From Candidatus Woesearchaeota archaeon (lineage in GTDB: Archaea > Nanobdellota > Nanobdellia > Pacearchaeales > GW2011-AR1), in NCBI GenBank assembly GCA_964438545.1, contig CAYTKV010000001.1, positions 1 to 39,676 of the forward strand: a stretch of DNA of 39,676 nt, in the 5' to 3' direction. A program made the translations under genes and the position numbers. Shown one piece after another: positions 9,021-16,962 of the stretch. The notes beneath the pieces are model-generated. The model had not been told where the DNA came from, ran no database searches, and was given only the letters and a program-made list of their open reading frames with translations. How positions within the stretch are numbered: position 1 is the stretch's first letter; every line of letters starts with the position of its first letter.

Positions 9021-10445
9021 CTAATTTAATAGATTTTTATTAGTTTCTATTACTCTACCTGCTTTCTCGATAATCTGCGAAGAAGATTTTCCCTCAAGAA
9101 GAGGAATAAAAGAGATTTTACCATTATATCTCTCTATAGCTTTTCTCTCCTCTTTATTTATTGTTTCAAGATTATAATCTCCTCCTTTAACATAAATTTC
9201 TGGTTTGAACTCAGTAAGATATTTTTCTACGCTTAATTCTGAAAAAATAATTACATAATCAACAAATTCTAATGAAGACAAAATTTCTGCTCTTTCTAAT
9301 TCGTGTTGTATTGGCCTATCTTTTCCTTTCAATTTTTTTACGGATTCATCAGAATTAATGCCAACAATTAGAACATCTCCTAATTTTTTTGCTTCCTTAA
9401 GGTATCTTACATGGCCAATGTGCAATAAATCAAAACAGCCGTTTGTCCAAACAATTTTTCTTCCTTTTCTTTTATCATTTTCAATTTTTTTCTTTAATTC
9501 TTCAAAATTTATTATTTTGCTTTCTTCAGATAATATTTTTTCTTTTAATTCTTTTAAACTAACAGCATAAGTTCCTTTCTTCCCTACGACTATGCCCGCT
9601 GCATAATTTGCTATAATCGCTGTCTCTTCTAGAGACGCGCCAGCAGCAATTGCTAATGATAAAACAGCAGAAACAGTATCTCCTGCTCCTGTAACATCAA
9701 AAACATCCTTTGCATATGTTGGAATATTAACATTTTTATCTGAAAATAGAGACATTCCTTTTTCTCCTCTGGTAATTAAGATATTTGATTCTAATTCTTT
9801 CCTTAAGCGTTGCCCGGCTATTTCTAAATTATTGGAATTAGCCATCTCAAAAGCTTCTTTTTCATTTGGAGTAATAAGAAAAACGTTTTTGTAAAGATTT
9901 TTATTTTTTGGTTTTGGATCAACAATTATTTTATTTTTATATGGTTCTAGTAAATTCATTAAATCTTTTGTTATAGTTCCTTTAGCGTAATCTGAAATTA
10001 TTATAATATTTGATTCTTTTGCCTTATCAATGATAATCTTTTTTGTTTTGTTGCCGAATTGCTTATCTGAAGTTTCTTCTTTATCAAAGCGTAGAAGTTG
10101 CTGACCTTTTCCTATGATTCTTGTTTTTTCAATTGTTGTGCCTTTTTCTTCTAAAAAATATTCTATTTTATTTTCTTTTAGTAAGCTCTTAATGATATTA
10201 GCGTTTTCGTCTTTTCCAACAGAGCCAAAAAGAAAAACTTTGCCGCCAAGAGATGAGACATTAGAGGCAACATTTGCTGCTCCTCCTAATTCATAAAACT
10301 CTTTATTTAAAGAAACAACGGGCACAGGAGCTTCTGGATTAATTCTTGAAACATCTCCCTCGAGATACCTGTCTAACATTACGTCTCCTATAACTACAAT
10401 TTTTTTCTCTTTGAAATTTGATAAGATTTGTTCAATACGGTTCAT
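9021..10445 (-). CDS. hldE: Bifunctional D-beta-D-heptose 7-phosphate kinase / D-beta-D-heptose 1-phosphate adenylyltransferase
   Basis: 474 aa. N-terminal pfkB/ribokinase domain (GGAANVA, TGAGDTV). C-terminal cytidylyltransferase-like domain (NGCFDLLHIGHVRYL, HxGH motif). Confidence 0.8.
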   Translation of the reverse strand: MNRIEQILSNFKEKKIVVIGDVMLDRYLEGDVSRINPEAPVPVVSLNKEFYELGGAANVASNVSSLGGKVFLFGSVGKDENANIIKSLLKENKIEYFLEEKGTTIEKTRIIGKGQQLLRFDKEETSDKQFGNKTKKIIIDKAKESNIIIISDYAKGTITKDLMNLLEPYKNKIIVDPKPKNKNLYKNVFLITPNEKEAFEMANSNNLEIAGQRLRKELESNILITRGEKGMSLFSDKNVNIPTYAKDVFDVTGAGDTVSAVLSLAIAAGASLEETAIIANYAAGIVVGKKGTYAVSLKELKEKILSEESKIINFEELKKKIENDKRKGRKIVWTNGCFDLLHIGHVRYLKEAKKLGDVLIVGINSDESVKKLKGKDRPIQHELERAEILSSLEFVDYVIIFSELSVEKYLTEFKPEIYVKGGDYNLETINKEERKAIERYNGKISFIPLLEGKSSSQIIEKAGRVIETNKNLLN

Positions 10446-10493
10446 TTTTAAAATTTCGAAATTCTATTTTGTACTTTTAATTGAGATTTATTT

Positions 10494-11495
10494 TTATTTA
10501 TTTCTATTGGTCAATTCATTTAGAGCAAGCAATACTTCCTCCGCTTTTATACTCTTTGTCAATTCTTCATTATGCTCATTCATTTTTTCTGGAAAGAAAT
10601 CATAAAGCATTGGAGAAACTATCTTTTGTAATAAACCATAATCTTCTATTTCATCTGGACTAGAACAAAAAAATAATCCAATCGTTGGCTTTTTTAAAGC
10701 CAAGGAAACATGTAAAGCAAAACTATCAGAACATATCATGGCTTTACAAATATTAACCAATGCTGTAAATTGTCTGTCTGTGTTATTAGGATTATTCACA
10801 TGCACAAACGTATTATTATCTCTCAGCTCAGTTAAAATGTTATTGTGCCTATCAATTTCGTCAGGACCTCCAAATAATAAAATTTCATATCCTTTTGCCT
10901 TAGCTTTTTTTATAAATTCCTTAAGATTTTCTTCATGCCAAACTTTGGAAGGCCATCTTGGTGATGCACCAATATGAATTCCTATTAATTTTTCTGTTTT
11001 TATATTGTTATTTTTAATAAATCCTCTCGCATATTTTAAATCCTCATTATCTAGAATAATTGAAACATGTTCTTTATTATACGGAATATCTGCTGCTTCA
11101 AACATCATTTCCTGATATGTTTTTTTATTTGTTTTTTTGACTTCATCATCAAATAATGTGTTAAGATAGTATTCTGCTCCTAAATTGAAAGCTGAAACAA
11201 AACTATTTTCTTTATAAAATCCGTATTTCTTTTTTGCTTTGATTTTTCTTGCTAACTCTGTTGCTTCTTCATCTATATCAAAATTATACAAAGAATCAAA
11301 TTCTTCTTTTGCTTCATAAGGAATAGGAAATAAATTGTTTATAAATGGAGAGCCTTTTAATAGGTCTATAATATTATCCTTAGTTATCCAGTATATCAAA
11401 GAATCCTTGTGTTGAGATTTTATAGCTTTAGATATTGGTAGAGTTCTAATCACATCCCCTTTAGCTCCTAACTTTATTATTGCTATTTTTTTCAT
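10494..11495 (-). CDS. Family-9 glycosyltransferase (heptosyltransferase-like)
   Basis: 333 aa. N-terminus IAIIKLGAKGDVIRTLP is characteristic of GT9. Adjacent to hldE. Confidence 0.7.
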   Translation of the reverse strand: MKKIAIIKLGAKGDVIRTLPISKAIKSQHKDSLIYWITKDNIIDLLKGSPFINNLFPIPYEAKEEFDSLYNFDIDEEATELARKIKAKKKYGFYKENSFVSAFNLGAEYYLNTLFDDEVKKTNKKTYQEMMFEAADIPYNKEHVSIILDNEDLKYARGFIKNNNIKTEKLIGIHIGASPRWPSKVWHEENLKEFIKKAKAKGYEILLFGGPDEIDRHNNILTELRDNNTFVHVNNPNNTDRQFTALVNICKAMICSDSFALHVSLALKKPTIGLFFCSSPDEIEDYGLLQKIVSPMLYDFFPEKMNEHNEELTKSIKAEEVLLALNELTNRNK

Positions 11496-11516
11496 AAAAA
11501 CGAGTTAATTACAAAG

Positions 11517-11524
11517 TTTTTAAG
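11517..11524. promoter_or_regulatory. Shared AT box (TTTTTAAG) in a 48-nt divergent intergenic region
   Basis: It lies 22 nt from ATG 11495 (minus) and 20 nt from ATG 11544 (plus). Confidence 0.3.
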
Positions 11525-11543
11525 GCTATCCAAAGCTATAAAT

Positions 11544-12494
11544 ATGTTCTCTAGCAAATATAAAAATAATATGAAAATCAAAAGAATTTTGGTTACGGGA
11601 AGTAGCGGAACAATTGGGACGAGATTGTGTGAGTTTCTCTTGGAAAAAAAATTTTATGTTGTTGGAATAGACAGAAAAGAGAATAGATGGAAAGAGAGCG
11701 TCAATAAAATAACTAAAATTTTAGATATCTGTGACTCTGATTCTATGGAAAAACTAAAAGAAAATATAGATTTGGTAGTTCATTTGGCGGCAAATGCGCG
11801 CGTGTATGATCTTGTCTTGAACCCTTATCTTGCTCTAGAGAATTTTATTACGGCTTTTAATATTCTTGAATATTGCAGGAAAAATAATATAAAAAAAATA
11901 ATTTTTGCTTCTTCAAGGGAAACTTATGGAAATTCTGAAAAAGTTACATATGACGAAGACGAAGTACATTTAAAAAAATGCGAGAGTCCTTATGCCGCAT
12001 CAAAAATAGGTGGTGAATCTTTAATAAGCGCATATCAAAAATGTTATAATATTGATTTTGTAATATTTAGATTTTCTAATGTTTATGGAATGTATGACGA
12101 TAGCGACAGGGTTATACCTCTATTTATAAAAAAATGTTTAAATGATGAGAATTTAACAGTTTTTGGAAAGAATAAATTGCTAGACTTTACTTACATTGAC
12201 GACGCTATTACTGCGGTTATGTTAGGAATAGAAAAATTTGATAATGTAAAAAACAACGCATTTAATTTAGGTTTTGGCGAAGGCAATACGATATTAGACG
12301 TGGCCAATATAATAAAAAAGTTTCTTAATACATACGTCAAAATTTCAATTGGGAGTAATAGAAAGGGTGAGGTTATTCAGTATATAGCAAATATCTCAAA
12401 AGCTAAAAAAATGTTGGGTTATAGCCCAAAAACAAATTTAGCAGAGGGGATTAGAAAATCTATTGTATGGTATAATGATTACCTAAATTCATAA
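11544..12494 (+). CDS. NAD-dependent sugar-nucleotide epimerase/dehydratase (extended SDR)
   Basis: Motifs ILVTGSSGTIGTRL (Rossmann) and YAASKIGGE (YxxxK). An alternative start at ATG 11571 is possible. Confidence 0.75.
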   Translation: MFSSKYKNNMKIKRILVTGSSGTIGTRLCEFLLEKKFYVVGIDRKENRWKESVNKITKILDICDSDSMEKLKENIDLVVHLAANARVYDLVLNPYLALENFITAFNILEYCRKNNIKKIIFASSRETYGNSEKVTYDEDEVHLKKCESPYAASKIGGESLISAYQKCYNIDFVIFRFSNVYGMYDDSDRVIPLFIKKCLNDENLTVFGKNKLLDFTYIDDAITAVMLGIEKFDNVKNNAFNLGFGEGNTILDVANIIKKFLNTYVKISIGSNRKGEVIQYIANISKAKKMLGYSPKTNLAEGIRKSIVWYNDYLNS

Positions 12495-12499
12495 ATAAA

Positions 12500-12913
12500 A
12501 TGAAAATCTACATTGCTGGCAAAGTAGGGACAGAATCTGAAAGAGAATTTTTAGAAGAAGTAGATAAATTATGTAAATCTTTAGGATTTGAAACATTCTT
12601 GCCACATAGAGATGTTGGCTTAGCTAAAAGTATGAAGGACGTTAATAAAGTTTTTAAGGGTGATATAGACGAGGGTTTCAAAAATATAGATTTGGTTGTT
12701 GCTGTGCTTGATGGCTTACATGTTGGCTCTGGAACAGCCTGGGAATTAGGCTATGCTTATGCAAAAGATATTCCAGCAATTGGAATAAAGATAGATGAGC
12801 CAGTTGAAGAAGCTTTAGAATATTTAAGCGCAATTTTAATTGGCTCTATGGAAATTGTTAGCTCAATAAAAGAATTGGAAAAAAAACTAAAAAAGTTTAA
12901 AGAATCTAATTAA
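12500..12913 (+). CDS. Nucleoside 2-deoxyribosyltransferase-like protein
   Basis: 137 aa. MKIYIAGK N-terminus and the GSGTAWELGYAYAKDIP motif are typical of the NDT / nucleotide N-hydrolase fold. Confidence 0.6.
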   Translation: MKIYIAGKVGTESEREFLEEVDKLCKSLGFETFLPHRDVGLAKSMKDVNKVFKGDIDEGFKNIDLVVAVLDGLHVGSGTAWELGYAYAKDIPAIGIKIDEPVEEALEYLSAILIGSMEIVSSIKELEKKLKKFKESN

Positions 12914-13811
12914 ATGGTTTAGTCGATTTTATTTCAATTTCTCGCCAACCGTCTTTGTAAAATTGTTTTTTCCTTAGTTCTTGAAAAGCCCTAAGATAAA
13001 GGTAAAGCCTTGCTGGATAAAGTTGAAGAGTCCATAAAAATTCTTTAGGATTATTGGGCTGTCGAATTGCGAAAAAAGCACCTTCCTTTATTTCATTTAT
13101 TAAAGACTTTGTCCTTGGCATATCTGGGGCAATTTTATTCAAATTTTCATGGGCTTTTATGTTTCTTATTTTTTGTGAAAGCCAATCTTTCCAATTACTA
13201 GGATTTTTAACATAGACTTCAGCCTTGTCGGCATACTCCACGTTATAGCCTCTTTTCCAGAGTAAATATGGAATTATGCTATCTTCTGAAGTTTCTGGAG
13301 GAAAGTCAAAAATAATGCCTTTCCTAATAGCAAATAAATAACCAGAACATTCAAAGAATTTTTTTTGTTTTGACAATTTTTTTCTTACTTTGTCTATGCC
13401 ATCAAAAACCACATGAGACCAATAACCATATTTTGTATTTTTTGAATCTAAAGATATGGGTTTGCCTGTTACACAACCAACTTTCTTATCTTGAAATTTT
13501 TTCAATATTTCTTCTACGGCATTATTAGAAACATAAACATCACCATCCGTAAAAATAAATATGTCTTTTGGATTGGAAGAGTTGTATTCTTGCAATAAAA
13601 TATTTAAAGCATATGCTTTTCCTTCTCCAGGATCAAGAAAAAATTTCACTCTTTTGTCTTTGGTGTTTTTCTTCAGAAATTCTTCTGTTTCTGGAAAAGG
13701 ATCAACAATAGTTATCCTAAATTTTTCTTTTATGTTTTGCTTTAAAAAAGAATTAACTGCTCTAAGTGTTGCTCGTGGCTCTTTATAAGAAGTTATTATA
13801 ACATCTATCAT
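12906..13811 (-). CDS. Family-2 glycosyltransferase
   Basis: Motifs IDVIITSYKEP, GKAYALN and FTDGDVY (DXD). 301 aa. Confidence 0.75.
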   Translation of the reverse strand: MIDVIITSYKEPRATLRAVNSFLKQNIKEKFRITIVDPFPETEEFLKKNTKDKRVKFFLDPGEGKAYALNILLQEYNSSNPKDIFIFTDGDVYVSNNAVEEILKKFQDKKVGCVTGKPISLDSKNTKYGYWSHVVFDGIDKVRKKLSKQKKFFECSGYLFAIRKGIIFDFPPETSEDSIIPYLLWKRGYNVEYADKAEVYVKNPSNWKDWLSQKIRNIKAHENLNKIAPDMPRTKSLINEIKEGAFFAIRQPNNPKEFLWTLQLYPARLYLYLRAFQELRKKQFYKDGWREIEIKSTKPFN

Positions 13812-13813
13812 TT

Positions 13814-14005
13814 TTAAATTTCAAAAGGATAATCTTCTGGTCTTATTATAATAATTTTTTCGCTTTCTGCTGATTTTGCTAAAATTCTTACTTTTCTTGT
13901 GCCTTGCTTTCCAATCTCAGATATTTCTATATCTTCTATGGTGAATATTTTTCCTCCTATCTTTATTTTATCTCCTTTCTTAAGTTCTTTGGCCTTTTTC
14001 TTCAT
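13814..14005 (-). CDS. Small KOW/SH3-like protein resembling the N-terminal domain of aIF5A/EF-P
   Basis: 63 aa. LKKGDKIKIGGKIFTIEDIEISEIGKQGTRKVRI aligns by eye with the aIF5A segment around the SKPGKHG(G/S)AK hypusine loop. It has no C-terminal OB domain. Confidence 0.45.
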   Translation of the reverse strand: MKKKAKELKKGDKIKIGGKIFTIEDIEISEIGKQGTRKVRILAKSAESEKIIIIRPEDYPFEI

Positions 14006-14027
14006 GTTTTATTTTTAATAATCATAC

Positions 14028-14034
14028 TTATAAA
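14028..14034 (+). promoter_or_regulatory. TATA-like box (TTATAAA) upstream of queC
   Basis: It ends 22 nt upstream of ATG 14056. No SD. Confidence 0.3.
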
Positions 14035-14055
14035 CTTTATTAATTCCAAAAGAAT

Positions 14056-14775
14056 ATGAAAAACGCTATAGTTTTATGTTCTGGTGGAGTAGACAGTGTT
14101 GTTTCGGCTTTTTATGCAAAAAAAAAGTTAAAATATGGCGATATAATAATTTTATTTTTTAATTATGGCCAAAGAAGTTTAAAAGCTGAAAGAAAATGTG
14201 CAAGGCAGTGCGCAAAAGATTTAAAAGCTAATTTTTTAGAAATAAATATCAAATGGTTAGGAAAAATATCAACTTCTTTGATTAATTTAAATGAAAAACA
14301 CAAAATAATAAAGAAAAAGGATTTAAAAGACACGAAAGAAGAAAGTAAAAAATGGTATGTGCCATGCAGAAATTTGATTTTTTTAAGTTATGCATTGGCA
14401 TTTGCAGAGTCTTTGTTCATTAAAAATAAAATAATTAGTGATATATTTGTTGGATTTAAAAATGAAGGTAAAGAACATTACCCAGATACTTCTCAAAAGT
14501 TTTTGAATTTATTAAATAAAATAAACAATGTTGCAACACTAGGCAAATATAAAATTAATGCTCCCTTAATAAAAAAAGACAAGGATGATATAATTTTACT
14601 TGGAAATAAATTAGGAGTTAATTTCACAAAAACATTTAGTTGTTATATTGGCAAGAAAAAACATTGCGGAACTTGCCTAGCTTGTAGATTAAGACAAGAA
14701 GGTTTTTATTGGGAAAATATAAAAGACCCAACATCGTATAGAAAAAAGATGAAAGATTTTAGGTTAGCTCCTTAA
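14056..14775 (+). CDS. queC: 7-cyano-7-deazaguanine synthase
   Basis: PP-loop VLCSGGVDS and a C-terminal zinc cluster CYIGKKKHCGTCLACRLR. 239 aa. Confidence 0.85.
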   Translation: MKNAIVLCSGGVDSVVSAFYAKKKLKYGDIIILFFNYGQRSLKAERKCARQCAKDLKANFLEINIKWLGKISTSLINLNEKHKIIKKKDLKDTKEESKKWYVPCRNLIFLSYALAFAESLFIKNKIISDIFVGFKNEGKEHYPDTSQKFLNLLNKINNVATLGKYKINAPLIKKDKDDIILLGNKLGVNFTKTFSCYIGKKKHCGTCLACRLRQEGFYWENIKDPTSYRKKMKDFRLAP

Positions 14776-15912
14776 AACTTCTTTGTATAATTCTATTGTT
14801 TTTTCGCTAATCATATCCCATCTATAATTCTTTGCTCTTCTGATATTGTTCCTAGAAATTTTTTCTTTTAGTTTTTTATTATCTAATAACTGAATTATTC
14901 GTTTAGCAAAACCTTCATTATCTCCATAATTAACTAAAAACCCATTTTCTTGTTCTTTCATTTCATATGGGATTCCATTCACAGGACTTGCTACGATTGG
15001 CAAACCACCAGCCATTGCCTCAAATAAAGTTAATGGCAAACCTTCTCTATAGCTAGGCATAACAAAAACATCAGCCGCTTGGTACATTTCTACAATTTCT
15101 TTTCTGTCTCTCGTTTGTGGCAATAGAATAATTTTCTTTTCTCTGCCAATTTTTTTCTTAACAATTTCTTTCATGCCCTCATCAGGGCCCCTGATAACAA
15201 AAGTAACATCGTTTCTTTCGTTCAAAATTAACTTCGCGATTTCTACAAATTTTTCTGGGCCTTTTGTTATATTCAAGCGTCCAAAAAATAAAACAAGTTT
15301 TCCTTTGATTCCTAACTTCTTCTTGAAATTATTATTTCTTATTTTTTTAAAAAATAAATCTGACATGCCATTCGGAATGCTAATTATTTGCTCTTTTTTG
15401 TCGCTATATTTTTTTATGAATTCAATTTCCCAAGGAGTTATTGCAACTATTTTATCGGTTAACTTAAATGCTAGTCTACTAAATATATTATAGCTCACTA
15501 AAATCCCAAGTCTTCCCATGAGAGAGCGATAGGCCTCTGTCCACGGACAGTGAGTAGTATGGACATGCTTTGCACCAGATATTTTAGCAGCTAATGCTGA
15601 AAAGACAAAATGTAGATGGCCAAAAACATGACTATGAATAATATCAAATTTTTCTTTGATTAATTGGGGAAAAACAGTTGGAAATATAGTCGCAAAATTT
15701 GATATCTTTGCTATGTGGGTGCATCTATGGACGAAAACTCCATCAACAATCGCCTTTTTTTCTTTTATTCTTTTATTTTTGTCCCAGTCCGGTGCGTATA
15801 CGTGAACTTCATGGCCCTCAGCAAGTTGTCTTTTTGCTAATTCTTCAACAACTTGCCCCACGCCGCTTATTGCAGGTTTATACTCTGAACAAACATGTGC
15901 AATTTTCATCAA
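14764..15912 (-). CDS. Family-4 glycosyltransferase (GT-B, group 1)
   Basis: Motifs KIAHVCSEYKPAISGVGQVV and PSYREGLPLTLFEAMAGGLPIV (EX7E). The probable true start is ATG 15909. Confidence 0.8.
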   Translation of the reverse strand: MMKIAHVCSEYKPAISGVGQVVEELAKRQLAEGHEVHVYAPDWDKNKRIKEKKAIVDGVFVHRCTHIAKISNFATIFPTVFPQLIKEKFDIIHSHVFGHLHFVFSALAAKISGAKHVHTTHCPWTEAYRSLMGRLGILVSYNIFSRLAFKLTDKIVAITPWEIEFIKKYSDKKEQIISIPNGMSDLFFKKIRNNNFKKKLGIKGKLVLFFGRLNITKGPEKFVEIAKLILNERNDVTFVIRGPDEGMKEIVKKKIGREKKIILLPQTRDRKEIVEMYQAADVFVMPSYREGLPLTLFEAMAGGLPIVASPVNGIPYEMKEQENGFLVNYGDNEGFAKRIIQLLDNKKLKEKISRNNIRRAKNYRWDMISEKTIELYKEVLRS

Positions 15913-15930
15913 TTTGGCAAAATCTATCGC

Positions 15931-15940
15931 TTAATAAATA
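15931..15940 (-). promoter_or_regulatory. TATA-like box (TATTTATTAA on the minus strand) upstream of the GT4 gene
   Basis: 22 nt from ATG 15909. Confidence 0.3.
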
Positions 15941-15999
15941 ATTGTGTTCTAATTATATGTCCATTAAAGACGAAAAAAGGTTCATATATTGCAGAAATG

Positions 16000-16007
16000 T
16001 TTAAAAG
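16000..16007 (+). promoter_or_regulatory. TATA-like box (TTTAAAAG)
   Basis: 22 nt upstream of ATG 16029. Confidence 0.3.
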
Positions 16008-16028
16008 CAAGGTACATGTTTCTTAAAA

Positions 16029-16664
16029 ATGCGTCAAGAAACACAGGCTTTTATAAACTATTACAAGCGAAAAAATGTAACGAAAACGTACGACAAACAA
16101 AGAGAAGGAACAAAGTATAGAAGAATGAAAAGGGCTCTGGAACTCAAGCATTTCTTAGATTTAGTCGACAAGAAAGAGGGAGAAAAAGTTTTAGAGCTTG
16201 GGTGCAGTTCTGGATTTTTAACAAAATATTTAGGAAAGGTAACAGCTATAGATACTTCAAAAAAAATGCTACAAATTGCAAAAAAGAAAAATCCGCAAGC
16301 AAAATGCATTAATGCTGACATGTTCAAAATACCTTTCGGAGCCGGCTCTTTTGATAAAGTTGTAACGATGAGAGTATGGAATCATCTTGATAAAAAAGAT
16401 TTGCGAAAGGCAATAAAAGAATCAAGGCGCGTATTGAAAAAAAAAGGTTATTTAATTTTTGATGTAGAAGAAAAATCTGCATTAAGAAAATTTATTAGTA
16501 TTTTTTATAAAATGATTTTCAGGCCAACAGGGTATAAAATACATCAATATTCGTTAAATGAAATAAAAAGGGCATTGGATGAAGAAAGTTTCATAATTGT
16601 AGAGAAAAGATTTTTAAAACATCGTGTTGGTAGGCAGATAATACTGAAAAGTCAACTATATTAA
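16029..16664 (+). CDS. Class I SAM-dependent methyltransferase
   Basis: VLELGCSSGFLTKYL motif I. 211 aa. Confidence 0.7.
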   Translation: MRQETQAFINYYKRKNVTKTYDKQREGTKYRRMKRALELKHFLDLVDKKEGEKVLELGCSSGFLTKYLGKVTAIDTSKKMLQIAKKKNPQAKCINADMFKIPFGAGSFDKVVTMRVWNHLDKKDLRKAIKESRRVLKKKGYLIFDVEEKSALRKFISIFYKMIFRPTGYKIHQYSLNEIKRALDEESFIIVEKRFLKHRVGRQIILKSQLY

Positions 16665-16716
16665 GTAATCTTTCTCCGAGGTTTTTTAAAATATTATATG
16701 GTTTAGTGAACAACCA

Positions 16717-16731
16717 CCCTAGCAAGCTGGG
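16717..16731. repeat. GC-rich hairpin sharing the AGCAAGCTG core (copy 1)
   Basis: The sequence ccctAGCAAGCTGgg forms a short stem with a GU pair. Its core is identical to the hairpin at 16882-16902. Confidence 0.5.
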
Positions 16732-16746
16732 CATCAACAAAATTAA

Positions 16747-16869
16747 TTAGCTTAACTGATCATCTTTTCTTCCTTGATTCTTTATGTAGTTTCTTATTAT
16801 GTCTCCATTAATTCCTTCTCCAACTGTCCCAAGATAAGTTCTGACTTCTAAACGTTGGGTTCTACAAAC
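16747..16869 (-). mobile_element. Remnant of an IS200/IS605-family tnpA (Y1 transposase), C-terminal ~40 codons only
   Basis: The minus-strand translation is VCRTQRLEVRTYLGTVGEGINGDIIRNYIKNQGRKDDQLS*. It matches the conserved TnpA C-terminus pattern (GYF..TVG....I..YI..Q). It is preceded by a stop, so it is a fragment. Confidence 0.55.
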
Positions 16870-16881
16870 TTATAGCTTTAT

Positions 16882-16902
16882 CCCCGCAGCAAGCTGCGGC
16901 GG
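16882..16902. repeat. GC-rich hairpin sharing the AGCAAGCTG core (copy 2)
   Basis: The sequence ccccgcAGCAAGCTGcggcgg has stem CCGCAG/CTGCGG with loop CAAG, extendable with a bulge. It stands out in AT-rich DNA. Confidence 0.55.
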
Positions 16903-16934
16903 TATTACGAAGAATAAATCTATTATACAAAACC

Positions 16935-16942
16935 TTAAAAAT
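16935..16942 (+). promoter_or_regulatory. TATA-like box (TTAAAAAT) upstream of pepM
   Basis: 21 nt upstream of ATG 16963. Confidence 0.3.
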
Positions 16943-16962
16943 TCGTATTTTATTATTTCTTC

